DNA from: Candidatus Nomurabacteria bacterium RIFCSPHIGHO2_01_FULL_40_20
GTDB lineage: Bacteria; Patescibacteriota; Minisyncoccia; Phycocordibacterales; UBA9973
Assembly (NCBI GenBank): GCA_001786835.1
Contig: MFTO01000013.1
Location: forward strand, 1,002 to 65,001
DNA: 64,000 bases
Direction: 5' to 3'
Part shown: positions 38,927 through 50,509 of the stretch, in pieces
Layout: the number at the start of each line of letters is the position of its first letter
How positions within the stretch are numbered: the first letter of the stretch is position 1
Program-made: the position numbers and the translations under genes
The notes under the pieces: generated by a model
Told to the model about the DNA's origin: nothing
Databases searched by the model: none
What the model saw: only the letters and a program-made list of their open reading frames with translations

Positions 38927-39235
38927 TTACTTTTTAGCAAATCTGTCTTTATCTCGACTCTTGGACTTAGCGATTACTTTCTCTATTTCAATATCCAGGT
39001 CTATGCCATGGCTATTAGCCATACAGATTAGAGTAAACATTACATCCGCAATTTCTTCGCCGAGCTCTTGCTTCTCTTCGTTTGATTTCTTTGGCTTAGA
39101 ACCATACATATGGTTTAAAATTCTTCCCACTTCCCCCACCTCTTCAGCTAAATGGGCAAACTGCGAAAGCGCCGGCCAGTATGGTTCTTCAAAACCTTTC
39201 ACCCACTCATCTATTTCTTTTTGATACTTTTTCAT
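38927..39235 (-). CDS. MazG-like nucleotide pyrophosphohydrolase
   Basis: LAEEVGEV...LGEEIADV. Confidence 0.9.
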   Translation of the reverse strand: MKKYQKEIDEWVKGFEEPYWPALSQFAHLAEEVGEVGRILNHMYGSKPKKSNEEKQELGEEIADVMFTLICMANSHGIDLDIEIEKVIAKSKSRDKDRFAKK

Positions 39236-39254
39236 ATTTCTAGTATACCAAAAT

Positions 39255-39680
39255 TTACATATCACTTCCCCACCAAGTTTTTCGTTCGCCTTTCGCCCAA
39301 GATTTTAATAGTTCTCGTAGGGGTATCGGCAAAAGATTTTTACTTTCAAATTCGGCAGGTGTAATCCAAGTGAAAATCAAATCTTCTTCCATTGGTTTTA
39401 TGTTTTCCGGTTTAAGAACCGAAATATCAAAATAATGCGTAATCTCCCAATGTTTCTCGCCATTTCTCTCCCATGCCTGCTCTATCGCACCCAAATACTC
39501 TTTTACCTCGCAACGAACTCCTGCTTCTTCTAGAATTTCCCGCTTTAGTGCTTCTGGGACACTCTCGCCTTCTTCTACATGCCCACCCAAAAGCGCACAG
39601 TGCCCATCATTTTCAAAAACTAAAAATTTCCCTTCATTCTTTATAATTCCCCGCACCCGCAAGTGCCATTTTGTTTCCAT
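39255..39680 (-). CDS. Nudix hydrolase
   Basis: GGHVEEGESVPEALKREILEEAG. Confidence 0.92.
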   Translation of the reverse strand: METKWHLRVRGIIKNEGKFLVFENDGHCALLGGHVEEGESVPEALKREILEEAGVRCEVKEYLGAIEQAWERNGEKHWEITHYFDISVLKPENIKPMEEDLIFTWITPAEFESKNLLPIPLRELLKSWAKGERKTWWGSDM

Positions 39681-39684
39681 GTCC

Positions 39685-39782
39685 TAAGTATAGCAAAAAC
39701 CCTAAGACAAAATCTATTCTCCTATTCGTACGAATTAGAGAAGATATTCGAGTTCTATAATTAGCTTTAGAGCTAATTCTAT
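39685..39782. repeat. Array repeat block, copy 4 (degenerate)
   Basis: TAAGTATAGCAAAA...TTCTCCTATTCGTACGAATTAGAGAA...TAGCTTTAGAGCTA. Confidence 0.85.
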
Positions 39783-39837
39783 ATAAAAAAAGAGATCGCT
39801 CGGTTATTCAACCTACTAGATCTCTGTTGTACAGAAA

Positions 39838-40182
39838 TTATTCTTGAACAAAAAAAACTGAAAAATCAACATGTGGCACTTCTACTCCTGAAGGTTTACA
39901 AGTGTCAATATAGTTATTGACGATCATTGCATTCATCCGGATAGTCGAATTAGTCATAGACACAGAAATCCTGCGCTGACTTTTCTTGATGAATCCCACT
40001 TGATTTTCTGTGTCCCGTAATACTTTTTGGTGTATTTCGAGCGCTGTACCAATCTCTTCTTGTGCATTCTTAACCAGTCCTTCTAAAGAAGAAAAAAATA
40101 ATGAAGAAAACTGGATCGCATAATGCTTACGAATGTCCACTAGCTGTTGACTTAAATAAGCTTGAAGTTTTTGAATATCCAT
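39838..40182 (-). CDS. Hypothetical protein
   Basis: Likely start MDIQK; own TTGACA/TAGAAT promoter at about 40215-40244. Confidence 0.65.
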   Translation of the reverse strand: MDIQKLQAYLSQQLVDIRKHYAIQFSSLFFSSLEGLVKNAQEEIGTALEIHQKVLRDTENQVGFIKKSQRRISVSMTNSTIRMNAMIVNNYIDTCKPSGVEVPHVDFSVFFVQE

Positions 40183-40267
40183 ATTAGTGTTTTTAAATGA
40201 ACAAATGAATTTGCATTCTAGCACATAAATACCCTATATGTCAAGGGTAAGATATCGCATTTAACCC

Positions 40268-42502
40268 CTATTTTGCAATACTCACCGCTTCGTCGAAGCG
40301 GACGGAGAGGAGCTTGGAGGCGCCATCGGCGCCGATGGTGACACCGTAAAGAACTCCAGCGCGAGACATAGTCTCGCGGTTGTGGGTGACAACGATGAGC
40401 TGGGATTCGGAAGAAAGTTTCTCTAGCATATCTCCGTATTTGCGCGAGTTCGCTTCATCAAGCGCAGCATCGGTTTCGTCTAATACCAAAAACGGCGGAG
40501 GGTTCACTTGGGTCATTGCAAAGAGTAGCGCGATAGAAGTGAGCGAACGTTCGCCTCCGGAGAGAGATTGAAGCTCTTTGACTTTTTTGTGCGGAAGCGA
40601 GACATTTATCTCTATGCCTTGCTCGGGTTTGGTTTCTTCGTCTTCTAGCGCAATTTCTTCACCCTCTTCATCGGTAATCACTTGCTTGCGTTTTACTTCT
40701 TCTATCACTTTGATATTTCCCGTGCCCCCGCCAAACATGAGCGCAAAAAATTCTTGGAATTCTTTATTTATTTTTTTAACGCCCTCTTGAAATTTTACAT
40801 TTATCTTTTCTTTGAGCTCTGCCATCAAAGTTTCTAAGCCCTCAATACTTTGTTTCAAGTCTTCCAATTCTTTTACTAAAAATTCGTCACGCGCGTTGAC
40901 TTCTTCGTATTCGGCCGTAATGTCATGCTCGCTCCCGAGACCTGAATCCTCAAGCCTGATTTTGAGTTTCTCAATTGCCTTTTTCATTTCTTTTCGATCT
41001 TCCTGCTCAACCCCGGAGGCGTCGCCTCCGGGGTTGCTATAGTCGTTTATTTCTTCTCCCACGAGAACAGTTCCTTCTCGAATTTCGTTTTTAAAAGTTT
41101 CAACGCCAGCCCGCAAGTTTTCCTCGCGCACTTTGTGTAATTCCAAAGCGGAAACTAGTTCCTGATGGCGGACTTTGAGCTCAAATTTCTCGCGCTCCTC
41201 CGCTCTGCTTCGCTCCACGAGCCCACTAATTTCTTTTTTCAAATTCTCGGCAGACTTTGCAAACTCTTCTTCTTTTTTACTAAGCTTTTCTATTTCTCCG
41301 GAAACTTCGTCTTTGGTTTTTTTAAGCTCACGAATCGCGTTCTCGCCTTCTTCGCCTTTGGCGCTTTTTTTCTCGAGAGTTGCGAGCGCCATCCTTATCT
41401 TCTCCAATATTGCGCGCACTTCCGGAATACTCTCGTTCTCTAAGGCCTCTTTAATGTATTCACTTGTCTCGCGCAAAACTTGCCCCACTTCTTCACCCGA
41501 GAATACCACTTCACCTCCGCGGGATTCTTTCCTAGTTTCTTCCGCTTCGAGCATGCCTTCTATTCGCCCGAGCTTGCGCACCAATTCATTCTTTAGTCTC
41601 TCCATATTTGAAACTTCTTGCTCTAAATTTTGAAGTTCTTTTAGTTTGGCGTCTTCCTTTGCCTCGTTCCCCGCGCTTTTACCCGAAATTTCTTTTTCTA
41701 TTTTTGCAATTTCGCTTTTTATTTTTCCGCCCTCGCCTGCAAGCATCTTCCTTTCTTTTTCTAAATACGCATTTTCGGCAAAAAGATATTTTTTATACAA
41801 ATCTAAAAGCTCCACCCGCATATCTTTTACCTTTTGAAATTTCTCCACTTGCTTGCGTAAAAACGCCAAGTGCGGAGCGTTCTCCCGACGTTGGAGCCCC
41901 ACTTCTTTCATATTTTCTTCCGCCCGCTCGAGCTTTCTCTCCGTCTCGCGGATTTTGTATTGATAAATTTTAAGTCCAAGCGCGTCTTCAATCATTTCTT
42001 TGCGCTCTTTGGGATTTGCGTTTAAAATTCTGTCCGCCTCGCCTTGGGAAATGATGTGGTGTCCCGAAGAGCCGATGTGAAGCGAGGCGAGTAATGATTG
42101 GACATCTTTCAAACGCACTTCCTCGCCATTTAGAAGATATTTGTTCACGCCATCCGGATAAACTTCTCGTCCGATAGAAATGGTGTCAAAGTTAACATTC
42201 AAATCCGTGCCATCGTCATTCCACAGTTTAAAAACTCGATCGGAATTGTCGAAATATACAGCGACCGACGCGCGCGAGCCCTTGGGCAATGTCTTGGAGC
42301 CTTTAAATATCAAGTCCGCGCCAAGTTTTCCACGCATGCTCTTCATGGATTGCTCGCCGAGCACAAAGCGAAAGGCTTCTACCACATTTGATTTCCCCGA
42401 GCCGTTGGGACCCACGATGCAGACTATTTTGTTTCCGAATTCTAGCGGAGTTTTCTTGGAAAAAGATTTAAAGCCGTTTAGTTCTATGTGCTTGAGTCTC
42501 AT
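40268..42502 (-). CDS. smc: SMC-family ATPase (short, 744 aa)
   Basis: GFKSF, GPNGSGKSN, LSGGE, LDETDAALDEAN; follows rnc. Confidence 0.9.
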   Translation of the reverse strand: MRLKHIELNGFKSFSKKTPLEFGNKIVCIVGPNGSGKSNVVEAFRFVLGEQSMKSMRGKLGADLIFKGSKTLPKGSRASVAVYFDNSDRVFKLWNDDGTDLNVNFDTISIGREVYPDGVNKYLLNGEEVRLKDVQSLLASLHIGSSGHHIISQGEADRILNANPKERKEMIEDALGLKIYQYKIRETERKLERAEENMKEVGLQRRENAPHLAFLRKQVEKFQKVKDMRVELLDLYKKYLFAENAYLEKERKMLAGEGGKIKSEIAKIEKEISGKSAGNEAKEDAKLKELQNLEQEVSNMERLKNELVRKLGRIEGMLEAEETRKESRGGEVVFSGEEVGQVLRETSEYIKEALENESIPEVRAILEKIRMALATLEKKSAKGEEGENAIRELKKTKDEVSGEIEKLSKKEEEFAKSAENLKKEISGLVERSRAEEREKFELKVRHQELVSALELHKVREENLRAGVETFKNEIREGTVLVGEEINDYSNPGGDASGVEQEDRKEMKKAIEKLKIRLEDSGLGSEHDITAEYEEVNARDEFLVKELEDLKQSIEGLETLMAELKEKINVKFQEGVKKINKEFQEFFALMFGGGTGNIKVIEEVKRKQVITDEEGEEIALEDEETKPEQGIEINVSLPHKKVKELQSLSGGERSLTSIALLFAMTQVNPPPFLVLDETDAALDEANSRKYGDMLEKLSSESQLIVVTHNRETMSRAGVLYGVTIGADGASKLLSVRFDEAVSIAK

Positions 42503-42516
42503 AAAAGAAAGAAGAG

Positions 42517-43221
42517 TTAGTCCAGCCAATTTTTTATTTTTAATGCGTTTTGGGCGGCACTCTGTTCGGCCTCTTGCTTACTCTTGCCCTTGCCTTCGGC
42601 GACAAGTTCGCTTTCAAATAGGATACCCACGGTAAAATGTTTGTCATGGTCAGGACCTACTTCGTGAAGCACTTTGTAGGAAGGGGTGACCCCCACGAAC
42701 TCCTGCGCTTTCTCCTGCACCAAGCTCTTGGCATCGCGCCAGAGCTTTTTGGAAACAATTTCTTCGGTCTTGGTGAGGAGAGTTCCAGAGACAAATTCAT
42801 CTGCCTCGTCATATCCTTGGTCTAGAAAAAGCGCTCCGACATATGCTTCGTAAGTATTCGCCAGGATATACTGCCTGGCTTTACCTGTATCTTTAGCTTC
42901 GCCTTTGGAGAGCAAAAGAAATTCATTCATACCGATTTTGTCCGCCACTTCTGCAATGATGACTGCATTTACCAGCGCCGAACGGAGAGCTGTCAATTCC
43001 CCTTCATTGTGGGTGGGATACTTTTTATATAAAAAGTCGGTGACAATAAGCTCGAGCACTGCGTCGCCTAGAAACTCCAAGCGTTCGTTGTGAGAAAGCC
43101 CGGTATTACCGTTCTCATTGATAAAAGAGCGGTGAATAAAAGCTTGCTTGAGCAGATTTTTATCCTTAAAAGTTATTTTTGTTTTTTTCTCAAAACCTGA
43201 AAAATCTATTGTCTTGTTCAT
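42517..43221 (-). CDS. rnc: Ribonuclease III
   Basis: NERLEFLGDAVL, C-terminal dsRBD; likely start MNKTID. Confidence 0.98.
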   Translation of the reverse strand: MNKTIDFSGFEKKTKITFKDKNLLKQAFIHRSFINENGNTGLSHNERLEFLGDAVLELIVTDFLYKKYPTHNEGELTALRSALVNAVIIAEVADKIGMNEFLLLSKGEAKDTGKARQYILANTYEAYVGALFLDQGYDEADEFVSGTLLTKTEEIVSKKLWRDAKSLVQEKAQEFVGVTPSYKVLHEVGPDHDKHFTVGILFESELVAEGKGKSKQEAEQSAAQNALKIKNWLD

Positions 43222-43228
43222 GGCGGTG

Positions 43229-44152
43229 TTATTTTTGTTTAGAAATAATTTCGACTGCTTTCCCAATAAGCGGAATAATGTCATTATAAATGCGAAGTTC
43301 CGGAATCTCCGATAATTGGAACCATTTGGCGCCGTCGAGCCCCCCCGAAGACTCTAAAGTAAGTTCGCGATATTCACTCTCGGCCAGAAAGTAAGAAACT
43401 TGTTTTAGGGTTTTGCCACGCTCGGGGTGCGTTGCCACATACTCATTCTCGCCCAATTTTTTAATAATTGTTATATCAAGGCCGATCTCTTCTTTGATTT
43501 CTCCTATAGTCCCAGTCTCCACATCTTCACCCTCTTCAATATGCCCCTTGGAAAGTGTCCAGTAACCAAAAACATCATGCACTAGGGCAAAATAAGTGAT
43601 GCCATCCTTTTTCGCATAAACCAAAGCTCCCCCCAATTTTTCTTTCGGCAGTTTGGTAATGTCTACCGGTTCTTCTGTCTTTTTCTTTTTGCTGGTTTCT
43701 TCTTTGCCGGGCTCGCCTATTTCTTTATATACCGCCCCCAAAACTCCGTTTACAAATTTGCTGGAATTTTCTCCGCCAAAAGTCTTGGCGAGTTCTATGG
43801 CTTCATTAATCGCCACCTTCGGAGGCACTTGAGTGCGATCGCCGAAAAGGAGCTCGGTCAATCCTATTCGCAAAATATTTCTGTCCACTGCTGAGATTTT
43901 GTCTAGTGGCCAGTCCGGCGCCGCTTTTTCTATAATCTCGTCCACTACTTTTTGCTTTTTCAAAACTTGCTCAGTCAAAGCAAGTACAAAAACATCATCT
44001 TCAAGTCCGGGAGCGAATTCTTTTAAATTTCTATCTAAAACTTTTTTTATTTCTTGGTCATCCCAAGGAGCGCCACTGCGTCCAGCGGGAAAGAAATCCC
44101 ACTCAAAGAGAGTCTGCAGAACTATTGATCTTGAAAGGTGCCTGTTTGCCAT
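43229..44152 (-). CDS. nusB: NusB fused to a C-terminal Nudix domain
   Basis: DRNILR, PPKVAINEAIELAK, FVNGVL; then KGHIEEGE..EIKEEIGL. Confidence 0.93.
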   Translation of the reverse strand: MANRHLSRSIVLQTLFEWDFFPAGRSGAPWDDQEIKKVLDRNLKEFAPGLEDDVFVLALTEQVLKKQKVVDEIIEKAAPDWPLDKISAVDRNILRIGLTELLFGDRTQVPPKVAINEAIELAKTFGGENSSKFVNGVLGAVYKEIGEPGKEETSKKKKTEEPVDITKLPKEKLGGALVYAKKDGITYFALVHDVFGYWTLSKGHIEEGEDVETGTIGEIKEEIGLDITIIKKLGENEYVATHPERGKTLKQVSYFLAESEYRELTLESSGGLDGAKWFQLSEIPELRIYNDIIPLIGKAVEIISKQK

Positions 44153-44241
44153 AATTAGTTTATAAAGTTATAAAGTTGAAAGTTATAAAGTTAATTCGGG
44201 TTTGCGTTTACTTTACGGACTTTATGAACTTGAAGAACTTT

Positions 44242-44517
44242 CTACTTGCTTTCTTCCGCCTTCTTCGCTTTTGCTTTCTTCTGTCCCGACGATTCTGATC
44301 GGGACTCCGATCCCCTCTGGCGTCGGAGCTTCTTTTCTGTCTTTTTTACTAAATCTAAAACTTTTTTACCGTTATAAAAACCGCAGGATGCGCAAACGAT
44401 ATGCCCCGGCTTCTTCGCTCCGCAATTTGAACACTTCATAAAATTGGCGCCCACCAGCGCGTGGTGTGAACGCCTGTTTGCTGTATGCGATTTTGTATGT
44501 CTCATTCGTACTACCAT
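44242..44517 (-). CDS. rpmF: 50S ribosomal protein L32 with an extended tail
   Basis: RRSHHAL, CSNCG..HIVCASCGFY. Confidence 0.95.
   Translation of the reverse strand: MVVRMRHTKSHTANRRSHHALVGANFMKCSNCGAKKPGHIVCASCGFYNGKKVLDLVKKTEKKLRRQRGSESRSESSGQKKAKAKKAEESK
44283..44328. repeat. Double-hairpin insert inside rpmF
   Basis: GTCCCGA..TCGGGAC + CTCCGA..TCGGAG. Confidence 0.8.
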
Positions 44518-44597
44518 AATGAGTTCAATCTTAGCATATATTTTCTAAATTGCAAAAAAGCTATAAAAACGGAAAAATTTATGATAATATAGGTTTT

Positions 44598-46379
44598 ATG
44601 GACAAAAGAGAGAAAAAGAGCGAAAAATTGCAAAATCAAAGGCACACTTTGGCGCACCTTTTGGCTTCCGCCGTGCTCGAGCTTTATCCGGACACCAAGA
44701 CTACTATTGGTCCCTCGATAGATGACGGTTTTTATTATGATTTTGATTTTTCTTCCCCTATCGGAGACAATGACCTACGGAAGATTGAGAAGAAGATGCG
44801 AGAGAATTTAAAATCTTGGACAGAGTTTACGCATGAAGAAAAGACTGCCGAAGAAGCGAAAGAATATTTTAAAGACAACCTATACAAACTAGAATTAATA
44901 GATGAAGTAGAGCAAAGGCGATCCGCCGACGACAAGGCTTTGGCGGACAAGGAAAAAATTACATTTTATACCTGTGGCAATTTTACCGATTTGTGTCGAG
45001 GTGGACACGTGGAAAACCCGAAAAAAGAAATTGCACCAGATTCTTTCCAACTCGACCGCCTCGCCGGCGCTTATTGGCGCGGAGACGAAAAAAATAAAAT
45101 GCTCACCCGTATTTACGGACTCGCGTTTGATACAAAAGAAGAGCTTTCGGCATACACAATACAGAGAGAAGAAGCTATAAAGAGGGACCACAAAAAGCTG
45201 GGTAGAGAATTAGATATTTTTTTATTTTCGGACTTAGTTGGTAGCGGTCTTCCTCTTTGGACCCCAAAAGGAACATTGATGCGAAATATACTCGACGATT
45301 TCGTTTGGAGCTTAAGAGCTAAATACGGCTATGAAAAAGTAGAAATTCCTCATATTACAAAAAAAGATTTATATATAACTAGCGGACATTGGGATAAATA
45401 TGCGGATGATTTGTTTAGAATCACCACTAGGGAGGGGCACGAATTCGCGATGAAACCTATGAATTGCCCGCATCATACTCAAATCTACAATCGCAAACAA
45501 TGGAGCTATAAAGAGTTACCTCAGCGTTATGCCAGCACTACTATGTGCTACCGCGATGAGCAATCTGGAGAACTTTCGGGACTTTCCCGCGCCAGAGCTT
45601 TTACCCAAGATGATGCTCATGTCTTCTGCAGAATCACAGATGCTAAAGAAGAAATCCAAAAAATTTGGAACATTGTTCATTCTTTTTATGACGCTTTCGG
45701 ACTAGAACTAAAATTGAGATTGTCTCTCCGTGATCCAGCTATTCCGGAAAAATATTTGGGCAATAAAAATCATTGGGACAAAGCAGAGGCTGTGTTAAGA
45801 GAGATTGCAAAAGAAAATAAAATTGAATATTTTGAGGCCATAGGTGAAGCGGCTTTTTATGCCCCCAAACTCGACTTTATGGCAAAAGATTCCATAGGTA
45901 GAGAATGGCAAGTAGCGACTATTCAGCTCGATGTAAATATGCCCGAGCGTTTTGATTTGTATTGTATAAATGAGCGTGGTGAACAAGAACGCATTGTGAT
46001 GATTCACGCCGCTATCATGGGCTCTATTGAAAGATTTTTGTCTATAATAATTGAGCACTACGCGGGCGCCTTCCCTACTTGGCTCGCGCCAGTGCAAGTA
46101 TCTATCGTGCCTGTGCGGGAAAATCATATTGAAGAAGCGCAAAAAGTTTATAATACATTAAAAGAAAATGACATCCGCGTAGAGCTAGAAGATGGTGACG
46201 AATCCCTCGGCAAGCGTATCAATCACGCCAAAGCTCAAAAAATTCCTTACGTCGTAGTCCTAGGCGACAAAGAAGTCTCTTCCGGTACGCTCACCATCGA
46301 AGGCCGAGAATCTAAAACAGAAATGAGCGCTGAGGACTTTCTCGCAAAATTAAAAGAGGAAATAAAAGAGAAAAAATAA
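44598..46379 (+). CDS. thrS: Threonine--tRNA ligase
   Basis: DLCRGGH, RDHKKLG, KPMNCPHH, TQDDAH, HAAIMGSIERF. Confidence 0.98.
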   Translation: MDKREKKSEKLQNQRHTLAHLLASAVLELYPDTKTTIGPSIDDGFYYDFDFSSPIGDNDLRKIEKKMRENLKSWTEFTHEEKTAEEAKEYFKDNLYKLELIDEVEQRRSADDKALADKEKITFYTCGNFTDLCRGGHVENPKKEIAPDSFQLDRLAGAYWRGDEKNKMLTRIYGLAFDTKEELSAYTIQREEAIKRDHKKLGRELDIFLFSDLVGSGLPLWTPKGTLMRNILDDFVWSLRAKYGYEKVEIPHITKKDLYITSGHWDKYADDLFRITTREGHEFAMKPMNCPHHTQIYNRKQWSYKELPQRYASTTMCYRDEQSGELSGLSRARAFTQDDAHVFCRITDAKEEIQKIWNIVHSFYDAFGLELKLRLSLRDPAIPEKYLGNKNHWDKAEAVLREIAKENKIEYFEAIGEAAFYAPKLDFMAKDSIGREWQVATIQLDVNMPERFDLYCINERGEQERIVMIHAAIMGSIERFLSIIIEHYAGAFPTWLAPVQVSIVPVRENHIEEAQKVYNTLKENDIRVELEDGDESLGKRINHAKAQKIPYVVVLGDKEVSSGTLTIEGRESKTEMSAEDFLAKLKEEIKEKK

Positions 46380-46684
46380 TGGGAGAAAAATACGAAAAAT
46401 TAGTACGGGACAAAGTTGTTGAAATCCTTAAAGAAAAAGGAATTCCTTATGAGGAAAGAACTGCAACACCTGAGGAAAAAAGTGAAGTTGCTTTTAGAAA
46501 ATTAACGGAAGAGGTTGCTGAATTTTTGGAAGCTAAAAATTTGGAAGAGTTAGCTGATGTAGACCAAGCACTAGACTTAAAAAAAAGTCTGCCGGAATTT
46601 AAGGGTTGGGAAGAAATGAAAGCTAAAAAACTTGCCGAAAAGGGTGGTTTCGAAAAAATGACAATTCTAAAAGGAGAGAAATAG
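46379..46684 (+). CDS. All-alpha NTP pyrophosphohydrolase (PRA-PH/MazG-like)
   Basis: YEKLVRDK, KLTEEVAEF, EELADV, K..EKGGF. Confidence 0.85.
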   Translation: MGEKYEKLVRDKVVEILKEKGIPYEERTATPEEKSEVAFRKLTEEVAEFLEAKNLEELADVDQALDLKKSLPEFKGWEEMKAKKLAEKGGFEKMTILKGEK

Positions 46685-46685
46685 C

Positions 46686-46709
46686 CTATATATCAATCTC
46701 TGCAAGTTT
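46686..46709 (-). repeat. Duplicated gyrB 3' end (KLAEIDI*)
   Basis: 21/24 identical to 47198-47221; all differences synonymous or in the stop codon. Confidence 0.9.
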
Positions 46710-46713
46710 ATTT

Positions 46714-46983
46714 TTAATAAGTACTTGAAGTTCTTCGTTTGGCTTCGTAAACATAAATTATATTTTCTTTGGAGATAATTTCATAAAAAATCCTATAATT
46801 ACCCACACGCTTTCGCCAAGAATTTTCTTCTCCTTTCATTTTTTGGATATCACCAAAGAAAGGATTTGTAGGTATTTTCTTTATAGCCTCAAAAATACGT
46901 CGAGCATCTGTCTTTGGAACTTTCGCGCAAAATTTATATACAGAATAATCAATTTGTAAAACCCAATTTATTTTTGAACTCAT
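46714..46983 (-). CDS. RelE/ParE-family toxin
   Basis: NPF.GDIQKMKG....RKRVGNYRIFY. Confidence 0.9.
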   Translation of the reverse strand: MSSKINWVLQIDYSVYKFCAKVPKTDARRIFEAIKKIPTNPFFGDIQKMKGEENSWRKRVGNYRIFYEIISKENIIYVYEAKRRTSSTY

Positions 46984-47173
46984 TGAGGGTTAAATAATTT
47001 CCTTTTTTTCTATTTAATTCTGCTCTTTTCAGGGCTTTCTTTTCTGCTAGTGTTGGGATAAATTCTTTTATTTTTTTGAACTCTAAAAAAGACTCATACT
47101 CCCTCTTAGGTACGAGAACTAAATCCCCCATTTTAGCCAAACTCTTTGGAATTACTACATTATAAGTATTCAT
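46949..47173 (-). CDS. Putative antitoxin
   Basis: 74 aa, overlaps the toxin start; DLVLVP..EYE and G...TL.E motifs. Confidence 0.75.
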   Translation of the reverse strand: MNTYNVVIPKSLAKMGDLVLVPKREYESFLEFKKIKEFIPTLAEKKALKRAELNRKKGNYLTLNEFKNKLGFTN

Positions 47174-47197
47174 ATATCTATAATAACATGGCTAATT

Positions 47198-49276
<2,079 letters not shown>

Positions 49277-49371
49277 TTACCCATAAAGTATAGCAATTTT
49301 AACCCGGCTTCGCAAGTCTTTTTTAGCGGAAAAACCTTGATTTTTTAACCTTTTTTCTCTACACTAGATAG

Positions 49372-50502
49372 ATGTCAAACTATGTTATAACCTCCTCGGA
49401 AGAAGAGAAATTATTAAAGGATTTGGAGCCTAAAACTGACGCTCATTCTATGCGCCTAAAGCGCTATTTCTCAATGCCAGATCTTTCCCGTACAGATGGA
49501 AGTCCGCTGTATGAAATTGTAAAAAGAGCCAAAGAAGTACCATCACTTTCAGATTTTGACGACATCAAAGTACCCGAAATTGTACCGACAAATATTCTTT
49601 TTGATTTATTCAATATGGGATCGGATCATCCGGCGCGTAGCCCGTCGGACACTTACTACGTGGATAAGAAAAATGTCCTTCGCACTCACGATACGGTTTT
49701 TTGGTATTACTATCTCAACCATCCGGAAATAAAAAAAAGAATTGCAAACAAGGAAACCTTAGGCGCAGTTTGTTATGGAAAAGTTTACCGCAAAGACGAA
49801 ATAGATCGTCGGCATATGAACGTCTTTCACCAGTTCGGTGGGTGGTTGATAGGACCGGACGATAAAGAAAAAATTACGCCCGAAGATTTAAAAAATACTC
49901 TAAAAGAAATAGCTGTAAATATTTTTGGTAAGGTAAATTTAAGATTCAACGACGATGATTTTCCATATACCGACCCATCATTTGAAATGGAAGCGGAGAT
50001 AAATGGTGAATGGATTGAAATGCTCGGTTGCGGAATGGTGCGAAAGAATGTACTAAAAGATTTAGGGCTCGAGGGCTACCATGGTTGGGCTTTCGGGTTT
50101 GGACTCGAGCGTCTGGCTATTGCTTCTATGGAGCTTCCGGACATTCGATTACTTTGGTCAGAGGACCCACGAGTGACAAGTCAGCTAAAACTCGGTCATA
50201 AATTTGAAGAAGTCTCCAAATACCCGCCGGCGCTTCGCGATATTTCTTTTGTAGTGAAAAACGATTTTATCCCGAACGATTATTTTGACTTTGTGCGCGA
50301 ACTCGCGCCGGGGTTAGTGGAAGAAGTGTCGCTCATAGATAAATATGAAAATGCGGAAAAATTCGGCGCGGATAAAATAAGCTATGCCTACCGAGTGACC
50401 TACCGCTCGCTCGACAAAACCTTAACGAGCGAAGAAGTAGACACTCTGCATAAGCGCCTTGAGACCGAAACTGCCCAAGACTTCGGCGCAACGATTCGCT
50501 AG
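49372..50502 (+). CDS. pheS: Phenylalanine--tRNA ligase, single-chain type (alpha catalytic + FDX-ACB domain)
   Basis: HPARSPSDTYY, GKVYRKDEID..H..VFHQ, FPYTDPS, AFGFGLERLA; C-terminal SKYP...RDISF..YRS.DKTLT.EEV. Confidence 0.92.
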   Translation: MSNYVITSSEEEKLLKDLEPKTDAHSMRLKRYFSMPDLSRTDGSPLYEIVKRAKEVPSLSDFDDIKVPEIVPTNILFDLFNMGSDHPARSPSDTYYVDKKNVLRTHDTVFWYYYLNHPEIKKRIANKETLGAVCYGKVYRKDEIDRRHMNVFHQFGGWLIGPDDKEKITPEDLKNTLKEIAVNIFGKVNLRFNDDDFPYTDPSFEMEAEINGEWIEMLGCGMVRKNVLKDLGLEGYHGWAFGFGLERLAIASMELPDIRLLWSEDPRVTSQLKLGHKFEEVSKYPPALRDISFVVKNDFIPNDYFDFVRELAPGLVEEVSLIDKYENAEKFGADKISYAYRVTYRSLDKTLTSEEVDTLHKRLETETAQDFGATIR

Positions 50503-50509
50503 AATTTTC

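Noticed and set aside
35418-39782. Classical integron
   Set aside because: No tyrosine recombinase in the window; the repeats lack RYYYAAC/GTTRRRY attC ends, and the genes carry their own promoters.
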